A stretch of DNA of 64,000 nucleotides from Chlorokybus atmophyticus. Lineage: Eukaryota > Plantae > Mesostigma and Chlorokybus algae. How positions within the stretch are numbered: the stretch's first letter is position 1; each line of letters opens with the position of its first letter. The translations under genes and the position numbers were made by a program. This document shows positions 30,502 to 42,500 of the stretch, one piece after another. The notes under the pieces were generated by a model. It worked only from the letters and a program-made list of their open reading frames with translations. It ran no database searches and was not told the DNA's origin. The stretch covers positions 1,105,965 to 1,169,964 of the forward strand of contig RHPI01000810.1 in the NCBI GenBank assembly GCA_009103225.1, given 5' to 3'.

Positions 30502-31238
30502 TGCATATATATGTATATATATACATATATACATATATGTATATATATATATACATATATATATATACATATATATATGTGTGTATATACATACATCGTA
30601 TTTACTCTGATGGAGCCCCCCCCCCCCCCCCCCNNNNNNNNNNNNNNNNNNNNNNNNNNNNNNNNNNNNNNNNNNNNNNNNNNNNNNNNNNNNNNNNNNN
30701 NNNNNNNNNNNNNNNNNNNNNNNNNNNNNNNNNNNNNNNNNNNNNNNNNNNNNNNNNNNNNNNNNNNNNNNNNNNNNNNNNNNNNNNNNNNNNNNNNNNN
30801 NNNNNNNNNNNNNNNNNNNNNNNNNNNNNNNNNNNNNNNNNNNNNNNNNNNNNNNNNNNNNNNNNNNNNNNNNNNNNNNNNNNNNNNNNNNNNNNNNNNN
30901 NNNNNNNNNNNNNNNNNNNNNNNNNNNNNNNNNNNNNNNNNNNNNNNNNNNNNNNNNNNNNNNNNNNNNNNNNNNNNNNNNNNNNNNNNNNNNNNNNNNN
31001 NNNNNNNNNNNNNNNNNNNNNNNNNNNNNNNNNNNNNNNNNNNNNNNNNNNNNNNNNNNNNNNNNNNNNNNNNNNNNNNNNNNNNNNNNNNNNNNNNNNN
31101 NNNNNNNNNNNNNNNNNNNNNNNNNNNNNNNNNNNNNNNNNNNNNNNNNNNNNNNNNNNNNNNNNNNNNNNNNNNNNNNNNNNNNNNNNNNNNNNNNNNN
31201 NNNNNNNNNNNNNATATATATATATATATATATATATA
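30502..31238. repeat. (AT)n/(ATAC)-type microsatellite and C-run flanking a 580-N gap (30634-31213)
   Basis: Direct observation. Confidence 0.95.
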
Positions 31239-32381
31239 TGCATACACTTGATTATGCGCATGTATATAAATTCTGTACAGATGCGAGTTAGGTATATGTA
31301 TTGCATACCTTTGATACTCTACAAATCGCAATGTGACACTAAGCATGAGACTCATACAAAAAAGTTGTGCACATAACACGTTGTTGGGGTGTATGTGCCT
31401 TCTGCTAATGCTTGCCTACCGGAGACATTTTGCATTAATAGGTATCTACATTTTAAGACTATACAAATGCTCTCGCATAGGTGCTAGATTATAGCTCTAC
31501 AAGCTTACAGCTCTCGCGTAGGTGCTAAGTATAAGTAATGTGGTATTGTGTGGCTTGCAGTAATATAAGGTCTCAATCCTCACATCCTCACCAACATCAT
31601 GACACAAATCTGATGGCGTCAGATAATAATCAAATGAAGAATTATGAAACTTATTTTAATTATTGGCGTGAATGTAACACGATATTACGGACTGTATCCT
31701 CAACGATTGCAAATTAGCAATCAGTGCATGATTGTAAATGTCACGGACACCTTTTTACAAGTCAAAGTTCTCTCGTTAAGGCAAGTTCGATACATATTAT
31801 GTTATATGCACGTTGTAAAATGGGAACGCTCCAATGTGTTTAAATAGTTGTTTATATGCGTGACGGTCTTTTGCAACATGTAAAATTATGTTATTGAGCT
31901 GGTGTTGAGGCTGCAATATGTTATCACGTGCATCGAGTATGCACTTATGCCATTTTCAAAGCAATATGGATGCAGATCAGACACATCTTGATTATGATCA
32001 AACATGAAATGCGTATAAATTGATCGAGTGCTTCAACATGGATTTCTTTCTTTGGATTCATTTACTTTCACAGTGTTGAGGGTTGTACAGCCTGATCTCG
32101 ATAAGCATACCACATCATGACCATTGCAGCCAGGCCTCAGAAGGATATGAATCAATGCAGCCAGTGTCCAGCAGATCATTGAGATACGCCCTTGTGATGA
32201 CCCTGCCACGTGTCCTGTCAACTCTAGACGGCCCCAAACCCTCACCCTGGCCGTCACTGGTTGGCAGCGTCCGGTGCGGTGGCGGCGGCGGCGGTGTCGT
32301 TGACGGTGTGGGCGGTATTGTCGGTGTTGCAACAGGTAACCTTATTGAGGTCTACAAGGGCGGGGGTAATTTGCCGCAGCC

Positions 32382-33236
32382 ATGGCGCTTGAGGCGTACC
32401 TGGCGCTGGTAGGGTTGATGGTGGAGTTCGTGGCGTTGGGGGTGCTGTCGGCGCCGGCGCCGGCGCCGCTGCGGCGGCGGCTGATCCAATGGACGGGGTC
32501 GTTGCTTCGCATGTTTGCCGCCGTCCTACCCTTCGTCTTCTTCCTCCTGGCTGACGCCGTCCTCAAGTACGAGAGGGGCCCTGGCCTCTCCGGCAAGGAC
32601 CCCTCACCCGCCGCCGCTGGACCCTACGCCATGAACCCTGATCGCGTCGCACAGAAAACGTACAAGGCGCAGCGTAACATTCTACTCTATGGTGGCATCC
32701 TCGGCATGTACTGGTAAGTTGCACAACACAGCCTATTACCTCAGTCAAGCATGTGCGTTGTCAAGACAGCCATCCACACAATTGCTTCCGATGCCCATCG
32801 TGGATTTGGTGCTGATTGTGGTAATCAGAGCTTACATTTTGATCGCAGGGTGCATTGTGACAAAAATTACATCATATCTCCATGCATATGCTGCCATCGT
32901 ACGCTGCTTCATCAACATTGCATGCAAGCATTCCCATCCACTGAGATCACAGTTCTCGTAGTTTATCGTGCAATCGTTATATTTTCTTCTGTATGGAGCA
33001 TGCAGTGTCTCATGCATTCTGTGCTGTCCAGGCTGTTGTACAGGTACCGCGCCACTCTCATCAAGCTGGACGAGCTTGCCATGGAGTTGAAGCATGTGCA
33101 AACCACGCAGCTGCATGCCGAGGCCCCAGACGCAGCGCCCATTTCACCACCCAATGCAAAGCTGCCAGAGATGCCTTCAGCACCGCCTGCACTGGAAGAA
33201 ACTGTGCCTCTGACCAGCAAGCCCAAGACTCTGTGA
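32382..33236 (+). CDS. BAP31/YET-like ER membrane protein, 2 exons (32382-32713, 33032-33236)
   Basis: MALEAYLALVGLMVEF...LPFVFFLLADAVLKYE...KAQRNILL...MYW|LLYRYRATLIKLDEL follows the plant small BAP31-like pattern (MALEW...KSQRNALL..YW.LY). Confidence 0.85.
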
Positions 33237-34259
33237 GTGCGGGTTGTGAACGTTGGCGACTGCGCAAGCAGCGAGTGAACACGCACACGACATGGGTGCT
33301 GTGCGCTTTGCTTATGCACGGAAGGTTTAGCGTTGATTGTAAGCGTTGGATTGTGTGCACATTTCATCTTGTACAAAGTGTCTTTTCAAGTTGCCTTCAG
33401 GCTCGGGTTATCTACCTGTCGTTCTTCTGTTGTGCTTCTGCCCCCATGACGTGATCACCTTCCACAGTGGCAGTGTATGCACGTGCATGGGAAGGTGATG
33501 GTCATGGCGATTGTCTTTGATTTCTTGCTGGTGAACAGCTTGCTATTGTAGCGCAGGTTCCAGTGTGACTGCGCCACGTACGAATGAAGGCATATGTTGC
33601 ACATAGGTTTTCATTCCAATGGTATGACACGACAATGCATGCATGCCTCACTCAGTCTCTATTGGCAGATAACTCATAATCCCGTGTGTCTGTGCAAAAT
33701 TTATGGTCAGCAGCAGGAATTGGAATCTGCACATCACAATTAGGTAGCACAATTTGTGGATTCAATACAGATAGGTTATGTTCGTATGAGAGTACATCAG
33801 GAATGCAGCAGCCATGCATGCCGCATGCACAGCTCTATGTATTGAATGTATACAAAGCTGTGACTGTGTACCACCATGCCCCCTCCACGCATGCCATGCA
33901 TGGACCGGTGGGTGGGTGGGAACACAGCAATGGTCAATTACCATACAACATCGACGNTGCAACTGGACGAATTGACCCCCCCCCGCCCTCCACCCTATAC
34001 ATGTGATAGAGATGTGGACCTCCCTCCTCCCCCCTAGGTACAACCCGCTTCCATTGTACAAATTAACAAATGTAGTCGGTACATGCAGCTCAGTATCCCT
34101 CCATCACACTAACCAGATCGCATGCATACTGCTTGTTTCACACCATGCATGCTAGCACAACAGCATACCCTTTGGTATACTACACACACACAATACGCCA
34201 CAATCCACAGCTTCCAGCAATTGCCTATGCCCTTCATCTGAAGTCAGCAAGGTTGTCTG

Positions 34260-34960
34260 GCACCTTTTTTGGGACAGTGCTGCGCGTACGCTTGGGGCTA
34301 CCTCACCCATTGTTGGCGGGCGTGACGCACTACATTTGCGGGGCATCACTGCAGCAGGAGGGCACTCACCTGCTTCGCTTTGGCGTGGCCGAGGGCGTAC
34401 CGCCACACACGATGCAGTGCGTGACGAGATGTACGCGCTGCTGACGGAGGCGGGCTTGGTTTCATGCCCATTCGCGCTGGAGAGGTATACGTACCTTCAG
34501 CGCGGATGGGCATGAAACTCGGTGCAGGGCAGACGGCTAGACCTGGTGGCATCCGAGCTTGGATGGGACCGAAAGCTGCTAATGGACGTCACTGTATCGG
34601 CGGTTGGGGATTGAGCCGGTGCGGCTGTCAAGATGGCGGAAGTGGCGAAGCGTCGTAAGTATGGTAACCACCCGCCGGGAGACACATTCTACCAAGTTGC
34701 GATGGAGACACAGGAGACGCTGAGAGAAGACTTTCAGCACGTGCTGCAGTTGTGTGCGCCCCACATTGCCACAGCGTGCGGAGGGAAGCCACGGCGTCTG
34801 GAGGGATGCATCTGCATTTGCCGTCCGTGCGTGGCTTGCGCCTTACAGCGCGGCGCAGGTGGTAGCGATATTGAAGCGGGGAGCTGCGGCGGTGGTTGCG
34901 GTACCGGGATGGGGTCTTGTGGCTAAGGCCCTCCGAATACTAAGGCGGACGCGGCGCTTG
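34260..34960 (+). mobile_element. Degenerate 3' end of a CRE-like non-LTR retrotransposon (Zn knuckle plus restriction-like endonuclease), fragment 1
   Basis: With frameshifts: VLRVRLGLPHPL..ICG...GTHLLR; THDAVRDEMYALLTEAG; GRRLDLVA..LLMDVTV; AEVAKRRKY..FYQVAMETQ; VVAVPGWG. Confidence 0.75.
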
Positions 34961-35769
34961 ATTTGCATGCCAGTGTACGACATATAGGATGCAACATCCT
35001 ATATGTCAAGATTATGGCATGCACGTGAGTGTGAGGCATGCAACACAAAGCACACATAAGAACACTCACATTCACCACCGGGTGTTCCACCTAGTCACTA
35101 CCTACTTAGCCCAACCCCCATCAGAGAGGCAGGCATGCAGGCACACATCATTATGATGATCACCTGTATCACGGCCGTTGTGTGTGTGTAGGTTAATGTG
35201 TTGGTTGTGTTCGGTTGGGCATGGTGGCAGTTAGGTATGGTGGTAGCAGTGATATCGAACGCTTGCATGTCAATGATAATAGAGCAGTAGTCTCAAGCTG
35301 CATGCACTGCATGGCATGCAGTACGTGCCCTCACCATTATCCCATTGTCAGCGCCACGTCCGCCACCAGAAGTAGCGTGGTTGCCTTTTTTGCATTGCTG
35401 CCTGACGTTATGACTGCCTTGGTGTTGTGTGTATGTGTTGATGATAGGTATGGGCGCAGACGGTTTGCCACGTGCTTTCATTCAAATATTAATATTTAAG
35501 AGCTCATGGTTGGCAGGATTGTCCACATCAGCGCCCCATCCGACATCGCAGCCACTGCCATAGCTCTTTTCCCAATGATAGTAGGCGGTTGGGCACTGCT
35601 TGGCAAAGGTTACACGCTAACGGGCCAGCTGCAAGAAGCTCTCTCGCCGACGTTGCATAGTACTCTGCGCAGCCCCCAATTCTCACGCACCGTCGTGGGA
35701 GGCGCTGGAAGTCCTCTCAAGCGATTATGGGACTCCATCGTGAGTGGGTAGACCGTTACACCGTTGTTA

Positions 35770-35945
35770 CATGTCACGCCATCGTGAGAGCGGGTGTCGT
35801 GTGCTCCATAGCGAGCGCATGCGTGGGCAATGCTATAGCGCGGAGAAACGGCGGAGGCGATGCCCGGTTGGGGACCCTTGCACGCGGTGCTGCTCATGAC
35901 GGAGGAAGCCGTGGCATTGTATGGGGGTAGTGTAGCAAAGTCGCT
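35770..35945 (+). mobile_element. CRE-like 3' fragment 2
   Basis: ERVSCAP*RAHAWAML*RGETAEAMPGWGPL aligns to QRVSCTLQRAQGITILEWGAAVVAAVPGWGPV of fragment 4. Confidence 0.6.
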
Positions 35946-36019
35946 GACCGGTGTAGCGTGTGTTGTTGTTGCGGTATGTATGGTTAGGTATGGTAGGTAT
36001 GGTAGGTAATGACAATCAA

Positions 36020-36330
36020 ACACTTGCATATGTATCTCAATAGAAAGGGACCTAAAAACCTATCACATGCCGGGTGGTCATTGTACTTACGGCGCTTTGC
36101 CAACTGTGCCGCTCGTGCTGCCGCCTCCTCGAGCGCGCCACACACCATCATGTCTAGCAGCAAGCGAGCGTCACGACTGTGCTCCCAATGCCACCACGTC
36201 CTCCCCATGACTGCCCCTATCGCATGCAATGTTGGCGCTTCTCCTGTTGTAACGACATCCACAAGAGGCTGCCAGCAAGGGTTGGTGCAGCTGATGCACG
36301 TGTCCTAGTGCTGCTGTGTGGCTTGACCAA
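36020..36330 (-). mobile_element. CRE-like RLE fragment 3
   Basis: RDARLLLDMMVCGALEEAAARAAQLAKRRKYNDHPACDRFL aligns to fragments 1 and 4. Confidence 0.7.
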
Positions 36331-36592
36331 ACACTCCTCGACACACAGTCAGACACAGGCGTTGCATTGTACCATCTACTCTTCCTGTCCCTTTTGGGAA
36401 ATGACATCCCATGGAGAGCCACAGTCATGCCAGGTTCCTTCATCTGTCCAATGAAGGCGGTTTAACACTCTGCTGAGCCATGTACGCTGTTGAATTGCGC
36501 TTGGATTCATGCACAGAATGGCATCAGACAAGCATAGAGCAGTAGACCATTGGGCTAATATTCGTGAGCTAACATTAATAATGGAGACCTAA

Positions 36593-39500
36593 CTATCCAG
36601 TATCATCAACGGCAGCAAACGGTCTAGGCAATGGCACTAGTGCGTGCTGTTTGGGCGGCTTTATTCGAGGTGCTTGATCAGCGTCGTGCGGGGCAGAGGG
36701 CGGTCTTGAAGTGGTGTGCGCGTGCGCGTGCAGTGTGGTGCTGGTGTTGCCGGTACTAGTTGTATCAGCAACATCAAATGCCGTATCGTGCTCGAGAGAG
36801 TGCCTGCTGTTGCCGTCCAGTCCACCCCTGTTACTGTTTCTACTACCTACTGTGTTCTCCCTGAAAGGTGGAGATGCAGCGCCCGACAGAGTCTTAGGCG
36901 TGTCCGGCGAGTCTAGCGGGTGATTGGCGGCGTGCCCACGTGCAGCAGAAGAGACCCGCGTGATCGGCGGGAGCGGTGATGAAGTAGAAGGAGTGGACTC
37001 CAGCGACGCGGCCGCGCGCAGTTTAAACTCTGCCTCGTCTCCGTTGTCGTCCACGCCGCCAACAACATCACCTCCAACATCATCATCATCGCCAACATCA
37101 ACCAATGCCCTCCCCGCGGGTTTGCTGCGCTGCGGGTCGAAGAGTGTCACAGGTGATCCCACGTGAACTAACGGGGCACCTGGCAAGGACACAACAGGTT
37201 CTCCTGCAGAGACGGGATCAGTTGGGCCCAAAACGCCCTCAGGGTCCCCGCCGTGTTGAGACGCGCTAATGCTGTTGTTGTTGTTGGGTCCAGTCTTGCG
37301 CTTGACCTCCTGCGCGCTGGACAGCAGGTCGATGATGTGGTTGGCGATGCGCGTGGCCTGCTCTTTGCGCTGCTGCTTCACGTCGGACTCGCTGCGCAGA
37401 CGCTTCCTCTCAAGGTGGCCGCGGATGGCCGCCTGCACGCACATCATGTGTATGTGTGTGCGCGCGTGCGCGAGCGCATGCGTGCGTGCGTGTCCAACAT
37501 ACACAGCACAGAGTTGTTAGTGTACTTTGGAAAGCGCCTGCAGCACAACACAGAATGCAAGCCTCCCCATTGAACTTGCTCTAAACCGGTCAATAGACTG
37601 ATTGCGCAGCATGAGCACCTGTATGAGAGCGGCGCTGTAGGCGTGTGCAATAGGCACATCCTCCTCTTCCTTGCCATCGGGCGATTGCGCCGGCGGCCTC
37701 ATCTCTTTCGACTTGCGCCGCATCGACAAACGGTGCCGAAACGACTTTGCAATCTGCGTCAACATCTGCTGCCGCTGCACCCACCTGTAGAAAAAGGTCA
37801 CCAACTAAGTGAGGAAGTTCGTGCAGCATACACGCACAATACATGTGGACACGCGCACTGTCGACTTGTTATGAATTCCACAACAACACGTGTCAACTTA
37901 CTTGTCGACGGCCTCGCGCCTCTTCTCTCTGAGCTCTTTGCTCATCTCCTGTCTGAAGCTCGCGGGGAGCTCCTCCACCTTCACGCCCATGGCGTGTCTG
38001 GTAAGCACCTGCAGGTTGGGGGTGAGGATGATTGACACAACGAGTTGGGTGCTCAGTTTGTTGCAAACAACATTGGTTTTGGGTATAAGTGACTCACCTG
38101 CAGGACGTCCTGATAGCAGAGGTATCCGCCCTGCTGAGGGATAACAAGCTCCGAGGCGAATTTCACAAAGTCCCTTCGAGTTATTGTGCGCCCGCGAAGA
38201 CCTGACAAAGGCAACACAGTTGAGCTTACAAAGCATGTGTGCTTGCACTCATGTGGAACACAACATAGTGGTACTTATACAAGACACACACCTAAGGGAG
38301 GAGGGAGCTTGCGCACGAGCGTCTCGAAGCGATTCACCGGGATGAAGTTTGTGCCTTTCGGGTCGAGTGTTTGCCACGCCTCCGTGAACAGCTCCACATG
38401 CTCAAAGGTCACCTGCCAACATGAGACAAGCACATGTGTGCACATGCGTCACACATGCATGAGTGTTACATAGACGGATGATGAACATGTGGGTACCTGT
38501 TTCTCGTCGTCTGCGCGTGAGATGGAGAAGTTCTCGAGCACGACGGCCACGAGTAGGTTGAGCATGATGAACGAGCCGGCGATGTAGAACGTGACGAACA
38601 GGAGTGGCGCGTACTTGGTCCCGCACGTCTGCACCTCGGGATCGCACATGTCCGGGGTGGGGTACATGCAGTCGTACATGATGTCGTTCCAACCCTCGCC
38701 CGTGCTCATGCGAAGCAACGTCAACATGGAGATGCCGATGTTCTTGAAGTTGGCATGAGGGCCGATCTCTGTACCGCTCACCACACTACCACAAGCCTGC
38801 GTGACAGCCACATGAGCGTGCGTGTACAGAAAATGCGCGACAGGTATGCACATGCACGACACATGCAATGGACCCAGCATGATGTCAACCAGTTCACACT
38901 GTTCATGTAGACCGTGTGTGTGTGCGCGCTTGTGTGCGAGCAGTTGACTTGCAACTGGACGAATTGACAGCCTGCATTGCAACTACTTATGCGCGTGTGT
39001 GTGACGAACTGACTAGAATACTGTTTGATCGCATTGCCACGCACCTGCATGCTGAGCACCGCATACACGAAGAAGAGTAGCAGTAGGAGCATCGACACGT
39101 TGAGTAGTGTTGGAAGTGAGACGATGAGCGTGACGAAGAGCATGTGGAGTCCCTTCAGTCTCAGGATGCGGCACAACCGTATCACGCGGAAGAGTCTCAG
39201 CACAGTCACAACAGCAGAATGGGGCACGAGTGCTTGCCCGATCAACGCGCCGACCGACACAACAAGATCAAACACGTTGGTCGCCTCCCGGAAGAAAGCC
39301 GCCGGGTAGTACGCGTACAACCGCGTGACGGCTTCAATGACAAATACAACAGCGAAGCCTAGATTGATGCGCTCGAGCGTATTGCTCCATTTAGTTGGCT
39401 CGTTGTAGTAGTGTAGACACATAACCACCGTGTTGCACACAACGAGCCCAATCATGGCGTTCTCGCAGTGAGACCCAACCATAAACTTGTATAAACGTTT

Positions 39501-42500
39501 TCTGAATGCACCGCGTGGCCGCTTCATGACAGCGTGTGGCTTGAATCGGAGGGCCTTTCGGTACATTTCCACCCACGCTTTTTGCTCGGGTGTGAGAAAC
39601 ACGCTCCCGTTGGTGCTGTTTTGTCTCAAGGCTGAGAAGTTGTTGATGATGATGCCCACGAACACGTTCACAAGGAAGAAGCAGCTGAACACCATGAACA
39701 CGACAAAGTAGAGAGCCACAACTATGTGGGCGTCACGCCTCGGGGAACGCGCCACGCCGACCGCATCGATACCATTATACATAACGTCAGTCCATCCCTC
39801 TGTTGTGGACATTTGATATAGCGTAAGCATCGTCGAGCCGATGTTGTTGAAGTGGGCACGCGGTTGCACCCATTCTCTCCCCGGCCCAACGCAAAGAGCC
39901 TCATATTCCACGCTCTCATCGGTGCAATAGAAAAACTTGCCCATGAAGAGCTGCATGCCGAATATGGCGAATATGAGCCATATGACGAGCGACACAAAGA
40001 GGACGTGTGCGAGGGCGGGTAGCGAGTGGAACAACGCGCTCGTGATGAGTCTCAATTCGGGCACGAGGTTGATCACGCGGATGGGTCGAAGGACACGAAT
40101 GAGTCGAAAAGCCCGCGAAGAGCTCCCTTTGAAGCCCGAGAGCACGAGACTCGTCACGGATAGCAACACGATGGTGAAGTCCAACATGTCCCACGGTTCG
40201 CGCAAATAAGCCCCTTTGTTGCGCACGAGTCCCATCGCGATGATCTTGAAAACACACTCCAACGCGAAGAAGATCGTCACACCAATGTCCATGTATCGGA
40301 GTATGTCGTACGAGTTGCCGTTGCGCACAACAGCGGGAGTCTCGTACGCCAACATACCACAACAGACCAACACGACCGCGAGGACCGCGAGCTCAAAGCG
40401 CTTGTCGTCCACTATATCAAACACCGTGCGTCTGAACTTCCCGTCGACGGGAAACAACTTACAACTTCTACCCTCGTAACACTCCAACCGCACACTCATC
40501 ATCCCTTTCCAATGTTGCCGGCCACTCCACCCAAGCAATGCCGGTGATGGCTCTTTATGTTGGGGTGTTGTGGGCGAGTTGGGTGGGGCTTGCTTACCCG
40601 AGGGCATTGGTGACATTGCTGCTGCTGTTGTTGTTGTTGTCTTGATTTGCTGCAGGCTACTGTTGGGTGTTTGGTCCACGCTGTTGTTGAGACTGTTGTT
40701 GGACTTGCCTCCTTCTTCCTTGCGTTTTGAAGTCATTGAGAACCTTCTCAATGTTTGCGAGGGGAGTCTTCCCGTCACGGAGGCCGCGCGATGGACAGCT
40801 GTCGTTAGCACGGACTTCATGCGTGTCCATGTTGGCGAGGACGGCGAGCTTTGAGATGGATCCTCGGCGGCAAAGTTGGAGAGAAGTATCGCGATGAACA
40901 GGTTGAGAATCAACCAGTTGCCGAGGGCGACGAGACTCACAAAGTAGATGGCCACGCCTCGACCCGCGGCACGCATCCCGTCGTGCATCACAGCATCCTG
41001 AATTGGGAAAGGGAGTTTGTATAAAGCGTATGAATGAGTGCATGTGTGTGCATGTGCATGTGCATGTGTGCGTGTGCGTGTGCGTGTGCGCGTGTGCGTA
41101 TGCGTGCGTGTGCGCATGTGTGGGTGTAAAGCGTTAACAAGGAGCATGTGTCTGCCACACAAACACACACATACCCAGTTGTCGCTGGTAAGTATCTGGA
41201 ACACGGTGATGGACGCCCAGAAAAAGGTGTCAAAGTTGTGTCGGGGAAGCCCTTCGGGAAAGTTCATCTTGCCGCCAAAGAGCTGCATGCCCAACAGCGC
41301 GTACACAAAGAGCAGGATGATGACAATGAGGGTGAGGTTGCCAAGCTCCAACACAGCGTTCCACAAGTTCATCAGAAACTTCTGCAGGGAAGGCCACTGC
41401 CTCATGAGCTTCATGAAGCGAAGCACACGCAACACACGCAGCGAGGTGAGAGACCCGTGCGATGCGAGGGCGAGCTCGATGAAGCTTGTTACAACCACAA
41501 GTCCGTCAAACACGTGGAACTTGTCGCGCAAGTACTCGCGGAAACCCAACGCGAGGAGCTTGATGGCCATCTCGATCGCAAAGAGCACGGTGAGGGTGAG
41601 GTTGATGTTGTTCAGCGCATCCGAATAGGCCTTTGGCATGCCATAATAAGCCATGCTGAGGGAGATTGCGTTGAGCAACACGCCGCCCATGATCATCGGC
41701 GAGAACAACGGGCTGTCATCAATGGTTTTACACACCCTCCTCAACTCATGAAACCACTTTGCCACGCGCTTGCGTACGAACAACGCACACGAGGACAAAG
41801 TCCTCTTGGTTCTGTTGTGGCGAGAGTAACCGTAGCTGTTGCTCACGTCGGCCCCGAGCTCTTTCTCCAACTCAGCCTGCTCGGCAGCAAAGTCCTCCTG
41901 TCTGATACGCTCGATCTCACGCAACGCATGGTCACGCTTCTCAGCAGCAGCCTTCTGCTCCTGCAACATGCGCTGGATGTGCGCCGCTTGCCTTTGCGTC
42001 TTGAACGTAAGCTCGTAAACCTGCACGAGACATCACGTACACGTGCGTGTCCAACTCACGAAACGCACAAACAGCATGCACATGGACCACGACAGCAACA
42101 TTTGTGCATGTTATCATGTAAAGGATACACACCTCAACTTGAGAACGCACATACAAGCAGTATGTACATATCAAGGACAACAACAACACCTGTACCTATT
42201 ACCATGTGCACGCATGCATGCCTGCATGCGTGGTGTGAAGACACACCTCATAGATGACGGCGAGAGCGAGGTTGACAAGAAAAAACCCTCCGATGAACAC
42301 GAGGAACAGGAAGTAAATAAAGGCCCACCCGCTTGTACCGTCTTGGCACTCGTACATAATGCCAGACCACCCTTGCAGAGTGAACACCTGTCCATGGCAC
42401 AACAGTCAGTAATGTACACATCTGCACCTCGCGTGGCCGGCATTTGTTGATGTGTACCTGAAATAGGTTCAAGCTGGCGTACAGCATGTTGTCAAAATTA

